Shown here: piece by piece, positions 13,389 through 25,101 of the stretch | Layout: each line of letters starts with the position of its first letter | Position numbering within the stretch: position 1 is the stretch's first letter | NCBI RefSeq assembly: GCF_006345805.1 | Contig: NC_043007.1 | Coordinates: 59,334,001 to 59,398,000 of the forward strand | DNA length: 64,000 nt | Direction: 5' to 3' | DNA from: Octopus sinensis | Taxonomy: Eukaryota | Translations under genes and position numbers: made by a program | Notes under the pieces: generated by a model | What the model was told of the DNA's origin: nothing | What the model saw: the letters and a program-made list of their open reading frames with translations, nothing else | The model's database searches: none

Positions 13389-14383
13389 CTGTCCAAATGA
13401 ATATAATTTGCAGAACTGCATACCAAGACGTCTGCACAAAGTCAGACTTGTAAACAGTTCTACCCATAACACTCATGGTTACTATTCAAATGTCCTCATT
13501 TTGGCATGCTAAATTACCGGAAATAATGATACTGCAGAAAATAATTTACAGCAGTGGCCTTTGCCGGTTAGAGAACGTATTAATTTAAATTTAAATTTAA
13601 AATGATGTTAATTAAATTATATAATTTCTCACCCTCATTTTAAATTTATATATATATATACATATATATAAATTTGACATGGGCGATTCTTGTCTTGGGA
13701 TTCATGGTCAAAGAGCTGGGTGGAATTGCATGAAAAATTACACAGATGCATAGAATGATCCGGTGGTGATGTTGGGCTTCGTATTTTTTCATAGCCCCCA
13801 CGGTTACTGAGATAATCTACGATAATAATATTCTTGTGTTTATGAATGAGAACAGAAGGGGTTATAGATGAATAAGGAAGGAAGGGGTGATGTCATACTT
13901 GGTAGTGGGATGATGAAAATTGTATGCTGAAGAAAATAAATCAAACAGCATTTAAACTCTGTGTGAATATATGTGTGTGTATGTAAAAGTGGGGGTATGT
14001 GAGTGTGTGTGCGTGTATACGCGCAATGGAAGTGCAGTGGTTCATCTTTGTTTGCTTAGTATTTGGGTTTATTTTTTGATTTGGTTGAATCTTGGTTGGT
14101 TTTTCTTTTGTTGGTCAGTTATTTTTAGCATTTTGACAACAAAAGTCATTCAAAAATTGTTTTTTTAACGTAAGCGTGCCCAAACAAGTCGAATGCTTAC
14201 ACAGGGCAGGTTTTACAGCCACATCATCCAAACTGACTGGGTGAAACTGGGCTTAGCTAATATATATATATAATCAAACCTATCTTCCATTTCTTTCATC
14301 ATTTATTATATATATAATATATATAATATATACATATATAAAATATATTACAAAAATATATATCTATATATATATAATACATT

Positions 14384-14457
<74 letters not shown>

Positions 14458-14785
14458 GAGCAAAACACCCCTGTCGAAAGGACGGTGCTGAGTTGTCAAA
14501 CATTTAAACCAAATTTTCTCAAAACAACTTGTCTGACCGTCCCATAGGACTCCCCTTTGAGAAACACTGATTTGACCTAAATTTGAGACACCAGCAAAAG
14601 AAGAAATAAAGATAGACTTTTTATCTATTCCAAAGAAAAACGATTTTATTCACACAAATATGCAACTGAAGAGTTTAAAGTACCAGTAATGATAAGGCTG
14701 TTGACTGGGAGAACACAAACATGGTTTAAATAGTAAGCTTGCCAGGAAAGAAATGTGCCTTTAAGCAGTACAAAAACAACAAAAA

Positions 14786-15924
14786 TTGGAAGAAGGGCTT
14801 CATGACTTTCTGAAGGATAGAAGTCAGATGGTAGCAGCCAATGGGGCCACCTCAAATGACATGCAAATAGTGAGCAGTGTTTCACAAGGCACTGTTTTGG
14901 GACCACTACTGTTCACAATGGTTCTCTCAGACATGCCCGCAGCCACACAGAGAGCCACGATCACAAGTTATGCAGATGATACAAAAATCTCACAGGTAAT
15001 ACAGAACCCCAAAGACACTATGCACCTACAATGTGAGCTGGATGAAATATACAAGTGGGCTGAAAAGAATACCATGCAGTTTAATGCTGAAAAGTTTCAA
15101 GCCTAGTGCTATCAGCATGCAAAACTAAATGCAATACTCATTAAATACACTGGACTAGGAGGGATTGCAATCTCAGAGGCACAGTCAGTGCGTGACCTGG
15201 GCATTTACATGCATAATGATGCATCCTTCCATGTGCATGTTGCTAAATTAGCAATGAAATACAGGCAGCTGACCAGATGTATTCTTAGAACTTTTAGAAT
15301 AAGAGATCAAGAAACTATAATGGTCCTCTGGAGGACACTTGCCCTAAGCCACTTTGACTATTTCTCTCAGCTATGGTCATCAACCAGTGTCAAATTAATC
15401 TCAGAACTTAAGGCAATCCAACGAAGCTACCTGAAGAATATAGCCTCTATGCATCATATAAGCTATTGGGAAAAACTCAAGAGATTGAGAGCGTATGCAG
15501 GAAAGATATGCCATAATATACATCTGGAAGATCCTGGAGGGACTTGTTCCAAACTTTAACATCGAGAGTTACACAAATACTAGAACTGGGTACTACTGCA
15601 TAGTGCCAAGGACTCCAAATTTGCCATCAAGGTATAGGACAAGATACTGCAAGAGCCTGGGTTTCAGAGGACCACACCTCTTCAATATCCTGCATGGGGT
15701 AGACATAGGTGTCTTCAAAATAAAGCTGGACCTCTTACTGTCAAGTGTCCCAGATGAATAAACATCGTGACAGGAGGTGCAAATGAGGGCAGCGGCATCA
15801 AACTCCCTCATGCACCAAATGTCAATTCCCAAAAAGCATTTGTGAAGTAAGATTATGTAGCAACACCAAATGGCGGTGCCCCAGCATGGTCACAGCACAA
15901 GCTGAAACTAGATCAAATCAAATC
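14786..15924 (+). mobile_element. 5'-truncated CR1-clade LINE (RT, 3'UTR and (AAATC)n tail)
   Basis: SVSQGTVLGPLLF, YADDTKI, KWAEKNTMQFNAEKFQ, RDLGI; interrupted by stops and frameshifts. Confidence 0.85.
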
Positions 15925-16025
15925 ATATATATGTATATATATATAATAATAAATATTAGGGAATAAATCCAAACTTACAGGGAAAAATCAGATTTAGGAC
16001 TGAATCCAATTTTATAGTAAAATAT

Positions 16026-16157
16026 TATATTATATTAAATTAGAGACAAAACCACTATTAGGCAAATCAAACAATGAAAGACTTAAGCCAATACATATGT
16101 ATTGGCTTAAGTCTTTCATTGTTTGATTTGCCTAATAGTGGTTTTGTCTCTAATTTA

Positions 16158-16167
<10 letters not shown>
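16026..16167. repeat. Perfect 142-bp palindrome without spacer
   Basis: Arms are exact reverse complements around the centre cat|atg at 16096/16097. Confidence 0.95.
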
Positions 16168-16197
<30 letters not shown>

Positions 16198-16273
16198 ATC
16201 CTAACATGAAAACACAACAACGCGAGGACGTGGAACAAGTATAGTATTATTGGACGCACAGGAAAGTAGGAGG

Positions 16274-16308
16274 GTTTAACTTTTTGAGCAGAGCTCTTTG
16301 TCAGAAAC
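16274..16308 (-). ncRNA. Decayed minimal hammerhead motif in a pLTR-like element (about 16192-16380)
   Basis: GUUU-CUGACaA-A-GAGC-UCU-GCUC-aAAA-aG-UU-AAAC; stems I and II intact, G8 and G12 changed to A (CpG-decay pattern). Confidence 0.5.
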
Positions 16309-16464
16309 ATAGGAAAAGGAAAGATCCAAAGAAGGGAAGACAGAGGAAAAAAATCGCCAACGGTACACATGCGGTCACATTATATAATATATATATCATA
16401 TATATATTTTCGTCACTTTGAGACCACAACCTGTTCACTGACAAAATTCTGTGCAGCACGGAAT

Positions 16465-16515
16465 TTTGTCAGTGAACAGGTTGCGGTCTTAAAGCGACAA
16501 AAATATTTTGGCAGA
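16465..16515 (+). ncRNA. Minimal hammerhead motif with G3-C8 covariant core (G12 mutated in this copy)
   Basis: UUUGUCA-GUGAACA-G-GUUGC(loop)GCGAC-aAAA-AUAU-UU-UGGCAGA; the inverted partial copy at 16404-16446 retains GAAA. Confidence 0.55.
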
Positions 16516-16599
16516 TTAAATTTAAATGTTGAAGTGAATCTAATGGTTTTTGTGTGTTTATTAAATGGCTTACAAACACCTTCCACGCAGCAATTCTTT

Positions 16600-17163
<564 letters not shown>

Positions 17164-17169
17164 AGGAAT

Positions 17170-18522
17170 ACAGGTGTGGAAACAAGGATTAGAATTGAAG
17201 GGCCTTAGAGTCAACCTAGCTAAAACCAAATTCCTAATAAGTAGGAAGGCAGGCAAACCACAAATCCATTCAGGTAGATTGTCCTGCTTGATCTATAGAA
17301 AAAGCATAGGTAGAAACTCTGTAAGATGTACCCAATATAAGCTACGGAAACATAAGAGGTGCAGCAATATGAAAGGAATGCTAACTGGGAAGATAGTTTT
17401 TGTATGTGGCAGATGCTCAGGAGCAATAAACACTGAAAATGTGCAGAGAACAACTTCTGCCACATTCAGGGAGAAAAAGTACAAGTAGTTGATAGCTTCT
17501 GTTACCTAGGTGACCAAGTCAGTAGCAGGGGTGGGTGCGCTAAAAGTGTAGCTGCTAGAATAAGAATAGCCTGGGCAAAGTTCAGAGAGCTCTTACCTCT
17601 GGTGGTAACAAAGGGTCTCTCGCTCAGAGTAAAAGGTAGACTGTATGATGCATGTGTATGAAGAGCCATGCTACATGGCAGTGAAACATGGGCCATGACT
17701 GCTGAGGACATGCGTAAGCTCACAAGGAATGAAGCCAATATGCTCCGATGGATGTGTAACGTCTGTGTGCATACTCGACAGAGTGTAGGTACCTTGAGAG
17801 AAAAGTTGGACCTAAGAAGCATCAGTTGTGGTGTGCAAGAGAGATGTTTGTGCTGGTATGGTCATGTAGCGAGAATGGATGAAGATAGTTGTGTGAAAAA
17901 GTGCCACACCCTGGCGGTTGAGGGAACCTGTGGTAGAGGTAGACCCAGGAAGACCTGGGATGAAGTGGTGAAGCATGACCTTTGAACATTAGGCCTCATC
18001 TAGGCAATGACCAGTGACTGAGACCTTAGGAAATATGCTGTGCTTGAGAAGACCCGGCAAGCCAAGTGAGACCATAACCTCGTGGCCTATGCCAGGGGTG
18101 TAACCAGCCCACTTATGCATACCTTGCCTTCATTGAACACTAAACTCTGCTTGCGAAGACCTGTTGAGGCAAGTGAAATCGAAATCAAATTCGATGACTG
18201 GCATCCGTGCTAGTGGAGTACTAAGAGCACCATCCGAGCGTGATCATTGCCAGAGCAGCTTACTTGCTTCCATGCTGGTGGCATGTAAAAAAACACCATT
18301 TGAGTGTGGCCATTGCCAGTACCGCCTGACTGGCCCTATTGCTGGTGGCACATAAAAGCACTCACTACACTCTTGGAGTGGTTGGCGTTAGGAAGGGCAT
18401 CCAGCTGTAGAAACTCTGTCAGATCAGATTGGAGCCTGGTGCAGCCATCTAGTTTGCCAGTCCACAGTCAAATCGTCCAACCCATGCTAGCATGGAAAGC
18501 GGACGTTAAACAATGATGATGA
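17170..18522 (+). mobile_element. RTE LINE, 3' half (Zn-finger insert, C-terminus, 3'UTR, (GAT)n tail), degenerate
   Basis: VWKQGLELKGLRVNLAKTK...; MLHGSETWAM...GRGRPRKTWDEVVKHDL; homologous to 41320-43113. Confidence 0.9.
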
Positions 18523-18577
18523 TATATATATATATATACACACGTATAATTATATATATGTATAATTATGTGTATAT

Positions 18578-18972
18578 ACTCTTTTACTTGTTTCAGTCAT
18601 TTGACTGCGGCCATGCTGGAGCACCGCCTTTAGTCGAGCAAATCGACCCCGGGACTTATTCTTTGTAAGCCCAGTACTTATTCTATCAGTCTCTTTTGCC
18701 GAACCGCTAAGTTACGGGGACGTAAACACACCAACATCGGTTGTCAAGCAATGCTAGGGGGACAAACACAGACACACAAACATATATACACACACACATA
18801 TATATATATATATACGACAGGCTTCTTTCAGTTTCCGTCTACCAAATCCACTCACAAGACATTGGTCGGCCCGGGGCTATAGCAGAAGACACTTGCCCAA
18901 GATGCCACGCAGTGGGACTGAACCCGGAACCATGTGGTTGGTAAGCAAGCTACTTACCACACAGCCACTCCA
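18578..18972 (-). mobile_element. Well-preserved tRNA-derived CORE-type SINE; other copies at about 3574-3920, 26630-26905, 39550-39970, 43630-44040, 56350-56710 and 57320-57555
   Basis: tRNA-like head with A box (tggctgtgtggtaag) and B box (ggttcagtccc), CORE-like cttgggcaagtg, internal (TA)/(TG) tract and shared 3' tail; many copies in the window. Confidence 0.85.
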
Positions 18973-18974
18973 CT

Positions 18975-20876
18975 AGGCTCCTCATACACAAAGAACATAG
19001 GTACGAGATTTTCTGGGCAGGGAACACTGATGGGGTCGGGGGAGTGGGTATACTTCTTAGGGAGAAATGGGTTGATAAGGTTATCGAGGTAGTCAGAGTC
19101 TGCGATAGAATACTGCAGATTGGATAAGTACTACATCATTGGTTAGCAACCATTATCTCGGCCTATGCCCCTCAGAAAGACCGATTTTATGACACTCTCT
19201 TGCTGATTACTTCGTTGATAAATGACACGGACCTTCTCTTTGTAGGTGCTGACTTCAATGGGCATGTTGGACAACATGCAAGGGGCTTCCATGGTGTACA
19301 TGGAGGATATGGTTTTGGTTCCCACAATGAGGGAACCAGGCTGCTGGAGTTCTGTGATGCAAATGATCTTATGTTTTGCAATACTAACTTCAGGAAACCT
19401 GCCAGTCATCTTGTCACCTACCGATCTGGTAGACACACTAGTCAAATTGACTACATCCTTGCCAGGAAAACCTTCCCAGGCGAAGAATGTACCCCACAAC
19501 ATAGAATAGCAGTTAGCGACTTCAGGATCAAGGCTAAATGGATGCCCAGAAGACGACCAGCATGGAGGAGAAGGGTCTGGAAGCTTAAAGATCCTGCAAA
19601 TGGACAGAAATTTAGAGACATATTATTGAAAACTTTTGATGAAATAGAGGGGGATATAGCATCACATTATATGGAAGACAACTTGGAGGTTTCTACAAGA
19701 CAACATGCTGAGGGCCACTGACCAGATCTGTGGATGGTGCAAAGTCCCCTCTTGACCCAAGGTAACGTGGTGGTGGAACAATGCTGACAGGGCCATTAGA
19801 GAAAAGAAACAGGCTTGGAAGGATTGGAAGAATGGTGGTAGCAGGGAATTGTATCAGACTGCCAGAAGGGAAGCTAGGACGCAGGTTTATTTAGCCAGAG
19901 GGGAAGCAGATAAGAAAAAATCTGCCAATGTTCTGCACCATGAGGACAAAAGATTTGTGGTATTTCATGTTGCAAGGCAGTGTGTGAGAGAGAATTGTGA
20001 TGTCGTAGGAGAGAAATGTATTCACATAGATGATGGTTCACTTGCATTAAACGAGGCTGCAATGAGAGAGGCTTGGAGACACCACTATGAAAGGTTGCTA
20101 AATAAAGTAATGGAGAATGGGAGAAAGAGTCTGCCGAATGCTGACCCAACAGAAGGACCAACTATCCGAATTGACAGTACCTTGGTAGATAAAGCAATTA
20201 AGGGTATGAAAACAGGGAAAGCCCCCAGCCCATCAGGAATCACCGCAGAGATGCTCAAAATATCTGGCAGTATCAGCTATAGCCTAGTCACCCATATAGT
20301 TAACCAGGTGATACATGAAGGAGTCATACCCAATGATTGGTGTAGCAGCACCATAGTCAACAGCTACAAAGGTAAAGGTGACGCTTTAGATACAAATAAT
20401 TACAGGTATCAAGCTGTTCGGTCAGGTAATGACGGTCACGGAGAAGGTCATAGACCAACTAATTAGGGAGAGAGTCAGTCTAGATGAGATGCAGTTTGGG
20501 TTTGTGCCAGGGAAAAGCACCATTGATGCTATATAAGACAGTTGCAAGAGAAATACCTAGCCAAAGATAAACTTCTGTACTTGGCTTTCGTTGACATGGA
20601 GAAAGCCTTTGACAGTGTCCTCCGTTCCCTTATCTGATGGTCAATGAGGAAACTAGGGATAGATGAATGGTTAGTGAGAGCTGTGCAAGCCATGTAGAGG
20701 GATGCTGTCAGTAAGGTAAGTACAGTGAAGAATTCCGGGTAGGGGTAGGGGACCACCAAGGATCAGTCCTCAGCCCCCTCTTAATCATCATAGTCCTCCG
20801 GGCAATAACAAAGGAATTCAAGACAGGGTGCCCCTGGGAGCTCCTCTATGCAGATGACCTTGCTCTAATTGCTGCT
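18975..20876 (+). mobile_element. RTE LINE, 5'/central part (APE endonuclease to RT YADD), degenerate
   Basis: GADFNGHVG, SQIDYIL, MKTGKAPSPSGITAEMLK, YKGKGDALD, ending at LLYADDLALIA. Confidence 0.9.
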
Positions 20877-21071
20877 AATTCAAGTAAATATTGGTGCATT
20901 GTTATTCTATCTTATATATATATTACATATAATATATATAAATATATTTATAATATATAAGTATATTTATGTATGAATAAAATAATTTAATACAATATAT
21001 ATATTTATATAAAGTATATTATAGGTGCATAACAAAAGACCATGTCCTTCCGAGTCAGTAATTTATATATA

Positions 21072-21292
21072 CAGTAGTCACTTAACTATCGCAGGTGTTT
21101 TATTCAAAAACCCCCAGTGACAGGTGAAAATCCGTGAAGTAGAAACAGTACTGTACTGTAAATTTTTTTGTTATTTTTTTAATAATTCGTATATATTTAT
21201 GGTATTAGAAATGCAAAACAAAACAGGGGAATCGACATAAATGTAAATAATAAACCATGATAGGTGAATCGTGATATGGTGAGAGATTACTG
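21072..21292. mobile_element. Tigger/pogo-like MITE with TA flanks
   Basis: ta|cagtagtcactt...gagattactg|ta imperfect TIRs. Confidence 0.55.
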
Positions 21293-21899
21293 TACGTATA
21301 CACACACACACGCATATATATTTAATATGAAACATATATTATCATAACCATCATCATTTAACATCTGTTTTCTATGTTGACATAGGCTGGATGGCTTGAC
21401 AGGAGCTGGCCAGCTGAAGACCTGCCAAGGTACCATGTCTGTTTTGGCATGGTTTCTATGGCTGGATGCCCTTCCCAACACCAACTACTTTGTAGAGTAT
21501 ACTTCCACTGTTTGGACCAATCAGACAGCTTCAGTTCCTTTGTCTTTGAGCCAATGAGCATTAGCTCTGACAATGTAGCCTTCCTGTTTCACATTGAAGA
21601 AATGTTTGAGTGCCATTCTCACCACAAGTATGTCAGTTGCGATGCCGGTACTAATCACCTCTTATTGTTTGATGATTAGGTCTTCCTCTAATCTATTTCT
21701 TTCTATTGTTAACTCTTTGTTAATATTGATTCTACTTTCATCACTCTCTTCAGGGCAATCCCCTGCCGGTTGTTGGCAATTGCCCCATCAACTACCGCTT
21801 AATAAGTTCACTAATTTGGTCCCTGTAGTCTTGTTGGTAAAGACAAGTTCAGCTTCCAGTAACCCGGTCCCTATATATGGGTTTTATCTAAACTGACTG

Positions 21900-22600
21900 T
21901 GTAAATCACAAATTTGTGGTTCTGTGTAGCTGACCAATTTGGATTATGAACACCCTACAGTATCCCTATCTGCTGATTTAACAAATACTCTAGATATGAT
22001 CTGGATGACCCACTGTTGTTGCTCCATGTCCACACTGGCCCAACAGGGAAATACAATTGATACTTGTGAGACAGCTGAAAGTTTCTGAGCAGCTTTCCAA
22101 GGCTTTTGCATCCCCTTCTGCTATGTACTAACCTCACACAGTCCCTCTGTTCAACCAAAATATTATTCCAGTTCCTCACTAATACTAAAGTGTGAAACAT
22201 TCCAACGAATGTTTCTAGACTCTTGAAGAAATCTGGCCTTCCAGCCCTTGTTGGGGCATAAACAGTCAGCAGTCTAAAGGTGTCACCTTTGCTGCCATTC
22301 ATATCCAGGACCATTACCTTACTGTCTGGGTCCAAGAAGACTGCCTGTACCTTGAGATCTAAGGATTTCTGGAATAGCATTGCTACACTGTCACCTGGCC
22401 TTTACAGACTATAAGATGAGAATATCTTGTAGTCTTTGAAAATTGATGCTAGTGCATGCTTCCTGAAAATTCTTGCCTTTTGTTAATGTTGTCATACCTA
22501 AATCAAGTGTTCAGAGATTGTTGAGCAAGTGACGTTGCTTCCAAGCTGGGCCCAGGCCACACACATTCACACATCCCACCCTAAGCACAGTCATGCTAGT
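21900..22600 (-). mobile_element. Tx1/L1-clade LINE fragment, APE endonuclease at the ORF2 N-terminus
   Basis: MTVLRVGCVNVCGL near 22594; ORF 21955-22380 FRLLTVYAP...LVLVRNWNNIL...WTWSN..GSSRSYL. Confidence 0.8.
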
Positions 22601-23262
22601 TGGAGAAAGAAAAAAAGAAAAGAGGTCACTCACCTTAATTTTTGAGAAGCCCAGATGTTCTGGCTTCTCTACCGGGGAATGTTTGCTAAAAGGATCTTCT
22701 AAATCCCTTTCATCTATTGTTTTCCTAAAAATTCTAACACTGTTATCTTGATTATATGTTTGTAACAGTTAAACCAATAATAATGGTGGAAAAACATAAA
22801 AAATCTACACCATAGATTTTTCAAATTACCTTCATACATATACCATGATCGATTTTAGATTTTTATAATTATTAAAATTTATTTAAGTTTCTATTTGAGT
22901 GAAATTATCGTTTATGTCCTTAAATTAGTGGTAATACTTCATTATTTATACATAATGATGATGATCACAGAGTAGTGATAGAGTGTAACTATAGCATCAC
23001 CCCACCCACACACACACCTCTATTAAATCGTACTATAGTGATGGTTCAGGTATTTCATGTATTTTACATTCTAACTTTATTCTGAAGTAAGCCAAAATTT
23101 TGACATTGCCAACTTAAACAAGGGAGACAATCCAGAACTATTTGAGATAACTCAGCTCTTTGAAGGCTGATCTGTGCACATTGTGTGTGTGTGCGTGCGT
23201 GTGTGAATGTATACAGGTATATAGATATACGTGTATGTGTTAGAAAGAAAAGCATTCCTTAC

Positions 23263-23389
23263 CGGAAGTAGCGAAGGATTCTGAGGTAATCCTCCTGGAT
23301 TCTATCTTCTGGATTATCAACAAATTTCACCACTTTGCTTTTCAGGTTTTCCTGACCATTGACATAATCATATAAGACACCATCAAAGT
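23263..23389 (-). CDS. TRNT1: TRNT1-like exon (EDxxR nucleotide template), 127 nt, phase 1 to 2
   Basis: ctgcag|AC...TTCCG|gtaagg; translates (D)[41 protein letters not shown](R). Confidence 0.96.
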
Positions 23390-23958
23390 CTGCAGAATGA
23401 AATAATAAAACAAAATTGACAAAAATAAAATGTCAATAAAATTTAATTTCCATTGTACCATTGTATTTTAACCTAGAAATCTTATCCTTGAAAAATTAAA
23501 GTTTATTTTCAATATTATAAACCCGTTCATTTTTCTCAGAATATCTCATATTTTAACATTGATTAACTCAAAGCTTCTGGTGAGATAATGTTTTCAGTTA
23601 ATTCTCTGAGTTGAAATAAGCTATTAAAGTGACATTAAGATGTGTTACTAAGAGTAAGAAACCACAAAAAAGTAAAGTAATTGATAAAGGCTTAAGAAAC
23701 CCAGGAAAAGGGAGCAAAAATGACAAGGCAGCAAATGAAGATTGTTGAATTTGAGCCAATTTATGTTAACGAGGAACTCTTTATTTAATTTCACAATGCT
23801 AAGTTTGGTTATTAAGGTCAATGGAAATTACTAACACATTTATTAGGAGCCTAATTAGTTTAGATGGCAAAACTAATGATGAAAATAAATAAATAAACTA
23901 TAATGTAATATAATTATTTCAAGTTATGTGTTATGATAGTCATTGATTGTAGTATTTA

Positions 23959-25101
23959 CAGTGTTAGAGGCACATTGCTGAAATCTATTAAGTTTTACCT
24001 CAGAATTAATTAGGCCTGAAGACAAAGTTTTAGGCATACTTTTTGAGAAGAGCTCTCACACAACACACACTTTAGTTTATCTATAAGACATGTAATGTTA
24101 TAATATATCAAGTTAACAAAATTCCAGTATAAAGTTTGCATGTTTTTATCTAAAATCCTTGGCCTCTGTGACGACAGAAAAGAAACATTGTCAGTGATCA
24201 GACATCAGGATGACTGGGTTTGTCCAGTAGGTTGAGAACATCTTCAATGACAACCTCACCAAATCAATGAGAGTCTTGCTGAACAATTGGAGGTGGTGGA
24301 GCCCACTATCATACATGTAGTGTATGAAGACATCTTGTAACGTTTTATGAGATTAGGAGAGCAGATTCATGCCTGGTAAAACACAAAACTGTGTGCTCTG
24401 TTCAAAATGTTTGATTGATAGCTCAAGCACCCAAAGGAACCCATCATGTCTGGATTCTTCTCTGATGGAAACTTTGACCAAGAAGCTCAACAGGAGAAAT
24501 AAATTGTTATGTGAGCCCATGGAGGTACATTTTTGAAGTTTCTAGAGATCATGAACAATAAGGACAATGCCATTCCATGCCACTTTTCTGTTGGCTATTT
24601 GGGTCAATGTCATCACCAGCATTGAGCTGCTGGATAGTGTTCAAGCCCTGGATTAAGGAGGTGGCCCAAGAAAAACTATATATATTCCAGTAAAACTCTG
24701 CTTCCTCCTACACGGTCTTCACAACTCATGAGTGGCTTGTCAACAATTTCCATGACCACGTGAACCCTAACATGTGTTCTCCTTAGCTCTAAAGACTTGA
24801 AGCCCCTGGACATCTTCATCTAAAACATCATTGAGAGGGACAACAAACATCAGTTCTGTGATGGCTATAGAGGGTGTGATGAGCAACATGAATGAAAACC
24901 ACCTCCACATGGCTATTTCGTGATAGTACTGAGGATGATGTTATTGAGGCAATGAGACCAGTTTCTGCTGTAATCTGTTTCTATAAAATATATAGTGGAA
25001 CATGCATACTATTTTTCTCAAAACATTTTGCTTTTTTTTTTAGTACAGTATATGTTTGTTTCAATAAATTTATTTCAGTTTCAGTTATGTACTGCACACT
25101 G
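23959..25101 (+). mobile_element. Degenerate Tc1/mariner-superfamily (maT-like) transposon
   Basis: Weak TIRs ta|cagtgt...ctgaaa / tttcag...acactg|ta; decayed transposase text (FKPWIKEVAQ, FQ*NSAS, HEWLVNNFHDHVNPNM, DLKPLD). Confidence 0.6.

Noticed and set aside
18900-18972. tRNA-like sequences with A and B boxes
   Set aside because: They are heads of multi-copy SINEs and give no convincing full cloverleaf.
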